NCBI GenBank assembly: GCA_963794025.1
Contig: CAWCCK010000003.1
Coordinates: forward strand, 2,414 to 66,413
Reading direction: 5' to 3'
Origin: Ignavibacteriota bacterium
GTDB taxonomy: Bacteria; Bacteroidota; Ignavibacteria; Palsa-1295
Length of the DNA stretch: 64,000 nt
A program made the position numbers and the translations under genes. Numbering within the stretch: the stretch's first letter is position 1; the number at the start of each line of letters is the position of its first letter. Positions 8,389-17,812 of the stretch are shown piece by piece. The notes beneath the pieces are model-generated. The model ran no database searches and was not told the DNA's origin. It saw nothing but the letters and a program-made list of their open reading frames with translations.

Positions 8389-8479
8389 GAAGTAACAGGT
8401 AAGAAGTAAGAGGTACGAATTATAACAATTCTCTTCTTAGCACTATAGCACTCAGCACTTTAGCACTTAATACTTCCCC

Positions 8480-10033
8480 GTGGCAGAACAAGGTTTTCGT
8501 AAATGGATCATCGTCATCACCGTGGTTACCGCCGCAGTGATCGAGTTGATCGACACGTCCATCGTGAACGTAGCGATCTCGAACATGAGCGCCTCGCTTG
8601 GCGCGACGATCGAGGACGTCGCGTGGGTGATCACGTCCTACGCGATCGCCAACGTCATTATCATTCCCATGACGAGTTTTCTCGGCGGCCTGTTCGGGCG
8701 CCGGAATTATTATGTGTTCTCTATTCTGCTCTTTACCGCATCGTCGTTCTTTTGCGGGAACTCGCATACGCTGATAGAACTCGTGTTTTTTAGATTCATG
8801 CAAGGGATCGGCGGAGGCGCGCTGCTCTCCACATCGCAATCCATTCTCTTCGATACCTTCACGATCAAAGAACGCCCGATGGCCGCAGCGATCTTTGGGT
8901 TGGGCGTGGTTATCGGTCCAACGATCGGGCCGACGCTCGGCGGATGGATCGTCGATAATTTCACCTGGCCGTGGATCTTTTTCGTAAACATTCCCATCGG
9001 CATTACGGCAGCCATCCTTTCTTGGACGTATGTAAAAGAACCGAAGGATCTGCGAAAGGTAGGGCGCATCGACTGGGAAGGAATTGTGCTGCTGATCGTT
9101 GGGATCGCCTCGCTGCAATATGTGCTTGAGCGCGGCGAAACCGAAGACTGGTTTAATTCCCGTACCATTGTATCACTTACCGTGACGTCCGTCATTGCGC
9201 TTATCTTGTTCATCTGGCGGGAACTGACAACGGAACATCCCGTCGTGGAGCTTCACGTGCTCCGAAGCCGGACGCTTGCGTCGTGCGCCTTCCTTACGTT
9301 CATTATCGGCTTTGGGTTATTCTCTTCGGTATTCGTCATTCCCATCTTTGCGCAGCAACTATTGGGATATACGGCGATGCAAACGGGTTTGCTTTTGCTT
9401 CCGGGCGCGATCGTTACGCTGTTCGTCTTGCCATTTGTTGGTAAGATACAAGAGCGCGGATTATCGCCGCAGCTCATGATCTTCGTCGGATTTGCGCTCA
9501 CCGCCGTCTATACGTTCATGCTTTCTCGCATCAGTCTCGATGCGGGATGGTGGACCTTTTTCGGACCGCTCGTTATTCGCGGCATAGGATTACCGCTCTG
9601 TTTCATACCCATTACGACGCTCGCCGTTTCGGGATTGAATCCACGCGACATTCCACAAGGCGTTGCGCTGAATAATATGATGCGTCAATTAGGAGGATCG
9701 TTCGGCATTGCGATCGTCAACACCTATTTGGTGGATCGGATGGCCATTAATCGCGTTGGGCTGATCTCGCACGTCACGCAATATGGCGTGGCCACGCAAC
9801 AGCGGCTCACTGGGCTGGTGCAATCGTTCGTTTCAAAAGGCTCGACGCTTGCGGTTGCTAAACAACAAGGGCTTGCCGCGCTCGATGGGATGGTCACGCG
9901 GCAAACAATGATAAAAAGTTACCTCGATATTTTTGTTTTTGTGACGATCTTTTTCGTTGCGTGTTTGCCGCTTATTCTGACCATCCGTAAAGGCAAAGTC
10001 GCGGTGTCGGCAGAAATGGCGTCGGCGCATTAA
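8480..10033 (+). CDS. MFS drug:H+ antiporter, DHA2 family (EmrB/QacA-like, 14 TM).
   Basis: Characteristic DHA2 N-terminus (IVITVVTAAVIELIDTSIVNVAI…). About 14 hydrophobic segments. Confidence 0.85.
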   Translation: MAEQGFRKWIIVITVVTAAVIELIDTSIVNVAISNMSASLGATIEDVAWVITSYAIANVIIIPMTSFLGGLFGRRNYYVFSILLFTASSFFCGNSHTLIELVFFRFMQGIGGGALLSTSQSILFDTFTIKERPMAAAIFGLGVVIGPTIGPTLGGWIVDNFTWPWIFFVNIPIGITAAILSWTYVKEPKDLRKVGRIDWEGIVLLIVGIASLQYVLERGETEDWFNSRTIVSLTVTSVIALILFIWRELTTEHPVVELHVLRSRTLASCAFLTFIIGFGLFSSVFVIPIFAQQLLGYTAMQTGLLLLPGAIVTLFVLPFVGKIQERGLSPQLMIFVGFALTAVYTFMLSRISLDAGWWTFFGPLVIRGIGLPLCFIPITTLAVSGLNPRDIPQGVALNNMMRQLGGSFGIAIVNTYLVDRMAINRVGLISHVTQYGVATQQRLTGLVQSFVSKGSTLAVAKQQGLAALDGMVTRQTMIKSYLDIFVFVTIFFVACLPLILTIRKGKVAVSAEMASAH

Positions 10034-10073
10034 CGGGAAATTATGAATCCGCCGCGGCGGAGAATTATGAATT

Positions 10074-11387
10074 ATGAAATCTGAAATGAGAAAACTTGGA
10101 ATTATTATCACGATCCTTTTGGGAACCGCTTCCGGCGTGTATGCCCAAAGCGGCGATACGCTTACGCTCACCCTTTCCCAAGCGGTAGCGATGGCGATCA
10201 AGCATTCGCCTTCGCTCGAAGCGGGCACGGCGGCGCTCGATCAGGCAAAGGCGCAGTATAACGAAATCGCATCGTATGCGCAGCCGACCCTGTTCGGCGA
10301 TGCGAGCTACACGCGCATCGATCCGGTTATTTCGATCCCGTTCGGGAACCAGATTTTTGTAACGCAGCCGAATAATAATTACAACGGTCAATTCACACTG
10401 CAACAGCCGCTGTGGACGTTCGGCAGATTAGACGCCGAAGACCGGGTTGCAAAAAGCAGTATCGTGAGCGCTGCCGATAATCTCGAAGCCTATAAAGCGA
10501 TGGCTGCGTATGGGACGACGCAGATCTATTATTCGATCCTGACGACCGATGAAGGCATTCGCGTGGAACAAGATCAGGTAGCCGTGCTTAAATCTAATCT
10601 TTCGGACGCCGATGAGCGCGAACAGCAAGGAACCGCAACTTCGCTCGATACGCTGAACATTCAGGCGCGTATTTCACAGACGGAAAGCGAAATTGCCGAT
10701 CTCCAATCGAGCCGGCGAAAACAAGTTGCCGGTTTGCGCCGAATGCTCGGAATGGCGCCGGGAACTCCGATCAACGTGACACGCCCTTCGCAATCTTCTT
10801 CATTGCCGGAAGATGCGATCGTGCTCGATTCCATTGCCGATAAACAGCGACCAGAGATCACCGTCGCCGAAGACGCCGAAAATACCGCGCGCCTACAGAT
10901 CGACGCCACAAAAGAAAGCAACGACCCGCTTCTTTCCGCTAATGTCACCGGCGGATATAGAGATGGTTACTTACCAAATCTCACGCAAGGCAAACTCAAC
11001 TGGACGGGCGGCGTCGATCTCCACATTCCGATCTTAGACGGCGGACGCACATCGGCACAAGTGGATGAAGCCCAAGCGCAATACCGCGAAGCACAGGCAC
11101 ACACCGAGGACGTGAAGCTTGGAATAGAAAACGATGTCGAGCAGGCACTTGCCGATCTTCAATCGAGCCGTTTGCGTTTGAAACTTACGGATGTGCAAAT
11201 TCAGCAGGCGCAGCACGCGTACGATGTTGCGGTGGTGCGTTACAAAAACGGCGCGGCCACGAATTTGGATGTCCTTACCGCACAAAGCGCGCTCGAACAA
11301 GCAAAGCTTCAGCAGGCTCAGTTGATGTTCTCATTGGAACTTAGCCAGTATAATTTGAATAAAGCCATCGGGACTGCGATGTGGTAA
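10074..11387 (+). CDS. tolC: TolC-family outer-membrane efflux protein.
   Basis: Signal peptide. Duplicated coiled-coil/beta-barrel repeat structure. Operon context TetR-HlyD-MFS-TolC. Confidence 0.85.
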   Translation: MKSEMRKLGIIITILLGTASGVYAQSGDTLTLTLSQAVAMAIKHSPSLEAGTAALDQAKAQYNEIASYAQPTLFGDASYTRIDPVISIPFGNQIFVTQPNNNYNGQFTLQQPLWTFGRLDAEDRVAKSSIVSAADNLEAYKAMAAYGTTQIYYSILTTDEGIRVEQDQVAVLKSNLSDADEREQQGTATSLDTLNIQARISQTESEIADLQSSRRKQVAGLRRMLGMAPGTPINVTRPSQSSSLPEDAIVLDSIADKQRPEITVAEDAENTARLQIDATKESNDPLLSANVTGGYRDGYLPNLTQGKLNWTGGVDLHIPILDGGRTSAQVDEAQAQYREAQAHTEDVKLGIENDVEQALADLQSSRLRLKLTDVQIQQAQHAYDVAVVRYKNGAATNLDVLTAQSALEQAKLQQAQLMFSLELSQYNLNKAIGTAMW

Positions 11388-11554
11388 AATACATCCCTTG
11401 TATTGATAGCTGGAATCATGCAGAAATAAGTGCATGGAACATACGGAAGCTGCGCTCGTAGGAAAAGTTCACTCCGAAATGCAGCAGATAGCTGAAATAC
11501 AGCCAACGGCTGTGCGGAGCCATTTTACGGTATTCGTCGGTTATCATAGTATAC

Positions 11555-14002
11555 ATGCGATTTCGGTCGCGCCTTTTGGGCGCTTTTGCTTTTTTTTATT
11601 TCACCACTCCGGTTGCGGCGCAGCCCGCAAAAGTGGATCATGCGGCTTCGCTTGAATACTCCCGCATTGGCTTCGACTTCGAGCAAAAAAAGGAATATAA
11701 ATACGCGCTCTTCGAATACGATACCGCTGCAAAATTAGACCCCACCTACGCTTATCCCGTCGAGCGCATTGGCGGGATGTATCAGGAGCTAAAAAATTAT
11801 CCGAAAGCCATCGATGCCTACGAGCGCGCCATCCGGCTCGATTCCATGTTCGATGTCTATGAGTATTATAATCTCGGCCTCTCGTTTCATGTCGTACAGA
11901 AATTCGATAGCGCCGTCCATGCGCTGCGGGAATTTATTGCCCGCATGGATCCCGTGAACAAAGCCGATAGCGCCGCGATGATCGACGCTGATTGGTGGAT
12001 CAAATTCAATCTGGGTTGTATCGTCGAATTTGCGAAACCGAAAAACACCGAAGACCCGATCGCGCTCAACGAGATCAATAGCAAATACGACGATTTCGCG
12101 CCGACGGAAACTGCCGATGGCACTACGCTTTTTTTTACTTCGACACGTCCGGGAACGAATGAAAAGGAGGAGATCGAAACCAAAGATTACGGCGAAGATC
12201 TGTTCATGACACACCGCGATACGCTTGGGCATTGGTCGAAACCGGAACCGCTTCCGCCGCCGATGAACTCCGTCGATGATGAAGGCTCGGCCTTCGTAAC
12301 CGCCGATGGACAAACGATGTACCTCAGCCTCTGCCGCCGACCCGACGGCATGGGCGATTGCGATGTGTATGTTTCGCGTCTTGTTGGTGACATCTGGACA
12401 AAACCACAGCCACTCGGGCACCCGCTGAACTCGACTGCGTGGGACGCCAACCCCAGCGTCACCGCCGATGGCGAGACCATGTATTTCTCCAGCCGCCGGC
12501 ATGGTTCCATAGATGGTTCCGAAGATATTTACGTCTCCTACAAAAATACAGATGGTTCCTGGTCGGTGCCGACTAATGTGGGCGAGCCGATCAACACGCG
12601 CTTTAACGAACGTTCCCCCTTCATATCTGCCGATGGAAAGACGCTGTACTTTTCATCGAACGGGCATCCCGGTTTCGGCAATCACGATCTGTTCTTGTCC
12701 CGCAAGCTCGATGATGGAACCTGGAGCGTGCCCGTCAATCTTGGCCGCCCCATTAATGCGTATGGCGACGATGAGTTCCTAACCATTCCTGCCAGCGGCG
12801 ATAAAATTATTTATTCGACTCAGCGCGATAATGCACGAGCGCCGCTCAGTCTTTATGAAGCAAAACTTCCGCTCGAATTTCGTCCGGGGCCGGTGACGTT
12901 GGTCGAAGGAATTGTGTATGATAAGGAAACGCTGCAACCCATTGGCGGAGAGGTCGATGTCAACGATCTCAAAACCGATAAATTAGTAGCAACCTATCAT
13001 GCCAACAAAGTAACGGGCAAGTTTTACATCACGTTGGGAACCGGAAAAGAATATGGCGTGACTGCAATCGCTCCCGGTTACGCACCCTACTCCGATCATT
13101 ATACCGTTCCCGATACGATCTCCTACCGCGAAGTAACGCACGATCTTCCGCTTACGAAGCTGCCGAATTACGCGATCATCCATGCGGTCGATAGCGCAAA
13201 AGATTACCACGATAGTTTGCTCGCGGCCAATACCGAAAAGAGTTACCAAAATACGGGCAGGGATCTGCACGGAGCCGGCAATACTGGAGGCGCCGACACG
13301 ACGGGCGATTGGATGCGCAATCATCATCCGGGACGTGACACGACCGGCGATTGGATGCGCAATCATCCGGGACGTGACACGACCGGCGATTGGATGCGTA
13401 ATCATCCGGGACGTGATACTACCGGCGATCGGATGCGCAATCATCCGGGACGTGATACCACCGGCGATTGGATGCGTAATCATCCGGGACGAGACACGAC
13501 AGGCGATTGGAAACGCAAACATCCGGAACGCGACACGACAGGTGATTGGAAGCGCAAACACCCGGAACGTGACACGACGGGTGACTGGAAGAAGCGCCAT
13601 CATTTAGGTCCGGACACTACGGGTAACTGGGCACGAAATCATCCGAACATCGATACCTCTGGCATCGAGCTACATAATGTATTCTTCGATTTCGATAAAG
13701 CAACGCTGCGGCCTGAATCGCATAGCGAACTGAATTATTGGGTCGATCTGCTGAAGAAATATCCGGTGCTCAAGATCGAGATCGATGGGCATACGGATTC
13801 CGTCGGCACGGCGGCGTATAATGGGAAGCTTTCGCTTGCACGAGCCGAAGCAGTCAAGGCGTACTTGGTAACACATGGCGTGAAAGCAAAACAAGTGGTT
13901 CCGAAAGGCTTCGGCGCCACAAAACCGAAAGCTCCGAACGATACCGACGAAGGCCGCCAGCGCAACCGCCGCACGGAGTTTCGGTTTATAAAACAGTCAT
14001 GA
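11555..14002 (+). CDS. PorE-like OmpA-family protein: signal peptide, TPR repeats, TolB/PD40-type beta-propeller, 11-aa tandem repeat region, OmpA C-terminal peptidoglycan-binding domain.
   Basis: TPR-like N-terminus. PD40 repeats (…SVTADGETMYFSS…, …FISADGKTLYFSS…). OmpA_C (…EIDGHTDSVGTAAYN…LSLARAEAV…RRTEF). This architecture matches the T9SS component PorE. Confidence 0.7.
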   Translation: MRFRSRLLGAFAFFYFTTPVAAQPAKVDHAASLEYSRIGFDFEQKKEYKYALFEYDTAAKLDPTYAYPVERIGGMYQELKNYPKAIDAYERAIRLDSMFDVYEYYNLGLSFHVVQKFDSAVHALREFIARMDPVNKADSAAMIDADWWIKFNLGCIVEFAKPKNTEDPIALNEINSKYDDFAPTETADGTTLFFTSTRPGTNEKEEIETKDYGEDLFMTHRDTLGHWSKPEPLPPPMNSVDDEGSAFVTADGQTMYLSLCRRPDGMGDCDVYVSRLVGDIWTKPQPLGHPLNSTAWDANPSVTADGETMYFSSRRHGSIDGSEDIYVSYKNTDGSWSVPTNVGEPINTRFNERSPFISADGKTLYFSSNGHPGFGNHDLFLSRKLDDGTWSVPVNLGRPINAYGDDEFLTIPASGDKIIYSTQRDNARAPLSLYEAKLPLEFRPGPVTLVEGIVYDKETLQPIGGEVDVNDLKTDKLVATYHANKVTGKFYITLGTGKEYGVTAIAPGYAPYSDHYTVPDTISYREVTHDLPLTKLPNYAIIHAVDSAKDYHDSLLAANTEKSYQNTGRDLHGAGNTGGADTTGDWMRNHHPGRDTTGDWMRNHPGRDTTGDWMRNHPGRDTTGDRMRNHPGRDTTGDWMRNHPGRDTTGDWKRKHPERDTTGDWKRKHPERDTTGDWKKRHHLGPDTTGNWARNHPNIDTSGIELHNVFFDFDKATLRPESHSELNYWVDLLKKYPVLKIEIDGHTDSVGTAAYNGKLSLARAEAVKAYLVTHGVKAKQVVPKGFGATKPKAPNDTDEGRQRNRRTEFRFIKQS
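13295..13665 (+). repeat. 33-bp tandem repeat (about 10-11 copies) inside the PorE-like CDS, encoding (G/E)RDTTGDW(M/K)R(N/K)HP units.
   Basis: Direct read: cgggacgtgacacgaccggcgattggatgcgcaatcatc repeated with drift. Confidence 0.85.
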
Positions 14003-14020
14003 ACCATGGTTCAGACAATG
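13997..14020. repeat. Solo palindrome TCATGAACCATGGTTCAGACAATG (family B terminus). It spans the PorE-like stop codon and the nadD start codon.
   Basis: 14-bp perfect palindrome TGAACCATGGTTCA followed by GACAAT. Same terminus as the elements at 850-945 and 31145-31273. Confidence 0.6.
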
Positions 14021-14620
14021 AAAAATCTCGGTATCCTCGGCGGCACGTTCGACCCTCCGCATCTCGCGCATCTCATTTCGGGTGAAATGGCGGTGGAAGC
14101 ATTCGCGTTGGATAAACTATTTTTCGTTCCCGCACATATCCCGCCGCATAAACCGATTGGCCAAATTACAGAGACAAAACATCGGCTTGCTATGACCGAA
14201 ATTGCTATTCGCGGCAATGAAAAATTCCAGGTTTCCCGCATCGAGTTAGATCGCTCTGGCCCATCGTACACGCTTGACACCTTGCGCGAAATCCAGCAAC
14301 AGTGGGCGCCGGAAAAGATAGTTCTCTTCATAGGTCTCGATCAGCTTGCGGTGTTTAATGCATGGCATGAGCCGGAAAAGATATTTGAAATGGCTAACAT
14401 TGTCGTGATGGCGCGGCCTTCGCATTCGTTCGATGAAATAGATCCTGCTCTGATGAAACGAGTGAAGATATTACCTATTCCACTGATGGACATTTCTTCG
14501 ACCGATATTCGCGCGCGCGTTCGAGCCGGGAAATCGATTCGCTACTTAGTTCCGGATGAGGTTGGGGAAGTACATTGCGGAACATCGGTTGTACCAATAG
14601 CTTTCAAGATGTCATCCTGA
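14006..14620 (+). CDS. nadD: Nicotinate-nucleotide adenylyltransferase (alternative start at 14018).
   Basis: GILGGTFDPPHLAHL (HxGH nucleotidyltransferase motif) and the …ISSTDIR… motif. The stop codon lies inside the MITE-like repeat. Confidence 0.85.
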   Translation: MVQTMKNLGILGGTFDPPHLAHLISGEMAVEAFALDKLFFVPAHIPPHKPIGQITETKHRLAMTEIAIRGNEKFQVSRIELDRSGPSYTLDTLREIQQQWAPEKIVLFIGLDQLAVFNAWHEPEKIFEMANIVVMARPSHSFDEIDPALMKRVKILPIPLMDISSTDIRARVRAGKSIRYLVPDEVGEVHCGTSVVPIAFKMSS

Positions 14621-14756
14621 GCGGAGTTTTTCTCGACGCAAGGAGAGAAAAACGGAGTCGAAGGATCTCATGCAGTTTGGCTCAGTGGTGAATGTCCGGA
14701 GATCCTTCGACTACGCAATCCGACGCTTCGCGTCGAATTGCTCCGCTCAGGATGAC
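14611..14756. mobile_element. MITE-like repeat, family A copy 1 (146 bp). Terminal inverted repeats GTCATCCTGAGCGGAG…CTCCGCTCAGGATGAC; conserved core GGAGTCGAAGGATCTC.
   Basis: Three copies in the window (14611-14756, 17452-17594, 21850-22029) with the same termini and core. Each can fold into a long hairpin. Confidence 0.75.
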
Positions 14757-14773
14757 AGGTAAAATAAGACCCC

Positions 14774-15274
14774 TCAACTCATCACCACTTCCGTATGCGT
14801 GTGCTCGACCGGCGCGGCGTTTTTGGGAAGCTTTCCTTTTAGATGATGCTCGATCTTTTTTAGCGCCTCGTGTAAGCCGCCTTCGTAGTTCCCTTTTGCA
14901 AAATGCTCGCCGAGTGTGCTGGCCACATCGTTCCATGCTTCGGGATGGACTTTAGAATGAACGCCCTCATCGCCATACACATAAAACTTTCGCTCGTGAT
15001 AAAGAACGAGCAGTAAAATTCCGAATCGTTTATCGTGCTGATGTAATTGCAGCGTGGTAAATTCTTTCTGCGCTAACTCGCGCAGCGAGAGATCAGCCTC
15101 GCCGGCATCGCGCAGATCGCGGATGGAGACGCGGATTTCCGCGCCCGTCGTTTGCTCGACATCCGCAATGATGTGTGCGATGCGCCCGAGAATATCAGGC
15201 GAAAAGCTTCGTTGGCGTGTTCGGGGTGATCCATAGGTTATTTGTAACGCTGAGTGGGTGTGAAGCATTTCCAT
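14774..15274 (-). CDS. TPM-domain (DUF477-like) protein.
   Basis: …GAEIRVSI…GILLLVLYHERKFYVYGDEGVH… pattern typical of the TPM/TLP18.3 phosphatase-like fold. Confidence 0.55.
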   Translation of the reverse strand: MEMLHTHSALQITYGSPRTRQRSFSPDILGRIAHIIADVEQTTGAEIRVSIRDLRDAGEADLSLRELAQKEFTTLQLHQHDKRFGILLLVLYHERKFYVYGDEGVHSKVHPEAWNDVASTLGEHFAKGNYEGGLHEALKKIEHHLKGKLPKNAAPVEHTHTEVVMS

Positions 15275-15355
15275 GCTTTTCTCACAGCAACATTTCGTGC
15301 TTCATGAAAATTAATTGATTATATTGAAAAAAGGATTTTTCACCGGAGAAAAATT

Positions 15356-16432
15356 ATGAAACGACTTAGCATTTTATTACTTCTTCTTTTTGTCACCAGC
15401 ATTGCCAACGCTCAGCAAGCCGGTCAACTCGTTATCACCTCTTATGACGATACGGGAGAAATCGGCTATGTGTGTAATGGCGTGCCTGAAAATTCGATCC
15501 CGGTCAGATATGGATTGATTAATTTAAATCAGAGCGTTCCACTCACGATCGATTCGATTGTACCTCAGGGAGATCCAACCCAGTTTCAGGATCAAACAGT
15601 AATTATTATACCTGATTATGTGCTTGGCTACGTCAGCGTGGGTGGAGACGCCGGCTTTGCTCCCACACATGAGGGTAATGACACGATGCACGAGACCGTT
15701 TATTACAATGGACAATTTACTGCAACAGCATCCATTATCTTTCATGCTCGAAACACGCCTAATCTTGCCATGTATGGATATGAATTTACATGGGCCCTCC
15801 TTGTAGACGGTGAAGGGTTTGCATCTTACACCCAGGAACCGGAAACCGATACCATGTTCGATACCCTCGAAGCAGCGATCTACACTGTTGGTATGGCACC
15901 TGTGCTAAATGGCGGCAATGGTATTGGCGGTCAGCCGGTGCTACTTCGCACTTGCGATGGCGCAACGATAGATTCCATTTATGAGGTCGGCAATTTCTCC
16001 GAAATTGCCTTCGATTCGTTCCCAGCATTGCCTTACATAATGTCCGGTGGTGATTCATTGTTATTAAATTTTGAATTTACCCCAAAGATTGTTGACACAA
16101 ATGGTACCAGCCACCACTATCTCGTCTTTCATTCAACGGACGGTCAGTATTTGGTGTGGAGCTTTATTTATGAGGTCAATCCTGCATCATCAGTAAGGGA
16201 GGCTGTTAACTCGAGTGATGCAATTAAAGTGTTCCCAAATCCCGCAACGGATGAAGTACAAATTCTCGGTGGCCAAACGGGAACCATCCATCTCTTCGAT
16301 CTCATGGGCCGGGAACGCATGAATGCGAATGACGATGGCACCAGCACCACGCTTGATGTCTCGCGCTTAGAATCCGGAATTTACTTTTTGAGGGAAGGCA
16401 ATCAATCCACGAAAGTGGAGATTACGCGGTAG
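15356..16432 (+). CDS. Secreted hypothetical protein with T9SS C-terminal sorting domain.
   Basis: Signal peptide. C-terminus …IKVFPNPATDEVQI…GIYFLREGNQSTKVEITR resembles the type A T9SS C-terminal domain. Confidence 0.6.
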   Translation: MKRLSILLLLLFVTSIANAQQAGQLVITSYDDTGEIGYVCNGVPENSIPVRYGLINLNQSVPLTIDSIVPQGDPTQFQDQTVIIIPDYVLGYVSVGGDAGFAPTHEGNDTMHETVYYNGQFTATASIIFHARNTPNLAMYGYEFTWALLVDGEGFASYTQEPETDTMFDTLEAAIYTVGMAPVLNGGNGIGGQPVLLRTCDGATIDSIYEVGNFSEIAFDSFPALPYIMSGGDSLLLNFEFTPKIVDTNGTSHHYLVFHSTDGQYLVWSFIYEVNPASSVREAVNSSDAIKVFPNPATDEVQILGGQTGTIHLFDLMGRERMNANDDGTSTTLDVSRLESGIYFLREGNQSTKVEITR

Positions 16433-16787
16433 AAGCGTCTGCAACAGTTTCTGCGCCACGCGCTTGCGTTTCAGGAACCGGCGGCTGCGCTGGCGCGGGT
16501 TGAACGGTTACAGCCGTTAGCGCTGGAGGAATTTTTAATTCGGCGTGAAGTGGTTCGGCGATGGTGCGTAGTTGAGTTTCGAATCCTTCTTTCGCGCCGG
16601 TGAGCGCTTCGAGCGGCTCTTTGATCGCCGATTTCACCTGCGTCTCAATTCCTGCCTTGGCATCGTTGAATTTACGAATGCCTTTACCTAAACTCTGGGC
16701 AAGCTCCGGTATTTTCTTCGGACCGAAGAAAATCAGGATGACCAGCAAAATAAGGAGGATCTCGCCTCCACCGACATTTTCAAACAT
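16422..16787 (-). CDS. tatA: Twin-arginine translocase TatA/TatB-family protein (longer C-terminal tail).
   Basis: …ILLILLVILIFFGPKKIPELAQSLGKGIRKFNDAK… TatA/E signature. Start moved to the internal Met. Confidence 0.75.
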   Translation of the reverse strand: MFENVGGGEILLILLVILIFFGPKKIPELAQSLGKGIRKFNDAKAGIETQVKSAIKEPLEALTGAKEGFETQLRTIAEPLHAELKIPPALTAVTVQPAPAQPPVPETQARGAETVADASTA

Positions 16788-16800
16788 GGTTTTTATCGTA

Positions 16801-16880
16801 GGGGCCAATTGTATTGGCCCTTTTTTTTCTCGAACATTAGCCCATTTTTCGCGACCAAAGGGCCAATGCCATTGGCCCCT
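16801..16880. terminator. Two palindromic hairpins, GGGGCCAATTGTATTGGCCC(T)8 and GGGCCAATGCCATTGGCCCC, between tatA paralogs. Family D; a further copy at 45074-45093.
   Basis: Perfect palindromes followed by a T-run. Shape of an intrinsic terminator. Confidence 0.65.
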
Positions 16881-16891
16881 ACAAATGCGCT

Positions 16892-17080
16892 TTACGCTTT
16901 TGGCGCTTCGGGGATATTGACGGCATTGGGGTCATCTCCACCACCCTGCGTTGCGCGTTTGAATTCATTCAGGCCTTTGCCGAGGCCGTGCATAAGTTCA
17001 GGAATCTTCTTGCCGCCAAAAAGCAGCAACAGTACCGCGACGATAATTAATAGCTTCAATGGGCTAAGGTCTTCTAACAT
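16892..17080 (-). CDS. tatA: Twin-arginine translocase TatA.
   Basis: …[34 protein letters not shown]… Start moved to the internal Met. Confidence 0.75.
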   Translation of the reverse strand: MLEDLSPLKLLIIVAVLLLLFGGKKIPELMHGLGKGLNEFKRATQGGGDDPNAVNIPEAPKA

Positions 17081-17136
17081 ACGTAAATAGTAAATGGCGC
17101 ACCAATGGTGCAATGTTGAGTGCTAAAGAACTTCCC

Positions 17137-17328
17137 TTATGCCTTTGGCGGTTCGGGTGTTGGCGTTGTCTTTGCGGCTTCGGCAGGATCTCCCTGCGCG
17201 CCGCGCTTGAATTCATTGATCCCCTTGCCGAGGCCGTGCATCAGCTCAGGAATTTTCTTGCCACCGAACAATATCATAATGATGAACACGATGATAAGTA
17301 ATTCGAATGGGCCGACATTTCTAAACAT
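17137..17328 (-). CDS. tatA: Twin-arginine translocase TatA.
   Basis: [43 protein letters not shown]…. Confidence 0.8.
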   Translation of the reverse strand: MFRNVGPFELLIIVFIIMILFGGKKIPELMHGLGKGINEFKRGAQGDPAEAAKTTPTPEPPKA

Positions 17329-17451
17329 GGATTAGTCTCCGTTGTCTGTGATTTTGACGGCTTTCGCCGGAAATGGTTTAATAATGGTACGAACTTCGAT
17401 TAGGCTAAGAAGGTTCGTGAGCGAAGTGTAATAAATGAGGCGAATATAAAC

Positions 17452-17594
17452 GTCATCCTGAGCGGAGTTTATCTCGACGAAGCAGAGATAAACGGAGTCG
17501 AAGGATCTCCGGACATTCATCACTGAGCTAAACTGCATGAGATTCTTCGACTCCGCAATTCTCCCTCCGGTCGAATTGCTTCGCTCAGAATGAC
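17452..17594. mobile_element. MITE-like repeat, family A copy 2 (143 bp; right terminus slightly degenerate).
   Basis: GTCATCCTGAGCGGAGTTTATCTCGACG…GGAGTCGAAGGATCTCC…CGAATTGCTTCGCTCAGAATGAC. Confidence 0.7.
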
Positions 17595-17632
17595 ATGATA
17601 AAAACGACCATCAAATGAAATATTGCTGAATG

Positions 17633-17800
17633 GTTCACGGTTTCTTGTACCCGGTGATCCAGTCATCGCCTTTTTTGCTGTAGCGAAACGATTTTATTTT
17701 GTTAGAGCGTGGAATAGCGATCACCGCGCCGACGAGAATGACGAGAACCACCAGCGCGAGCGCCGCGAAAAGTATGAGTTGCAAGATGTAGCCGAAATCC
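17633..17800 (-). CDS. Possible small (55 aa) hydrophobic protein MDFGYILQLILFAALALVVLVILVGAVIAIPRSNKIKSFRYSKKGDDWITGYKKP, immediately downstream of purQ.
   Basis: Hand-translated. Below the ORF-track length cutoff. Single TM helix. No homology evidence. Confidence 0.25.
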
Positions 17801-17812
17801 ATTTGTTGTTTG

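Noticed and set aside
12983-13607. ORFs 12983..13603(-) and 13182..13607(+) with repetitive translations
   Set aside because: Products of translating the 33-bp tandem repeat of the PorE-like gene in other frames or strands.
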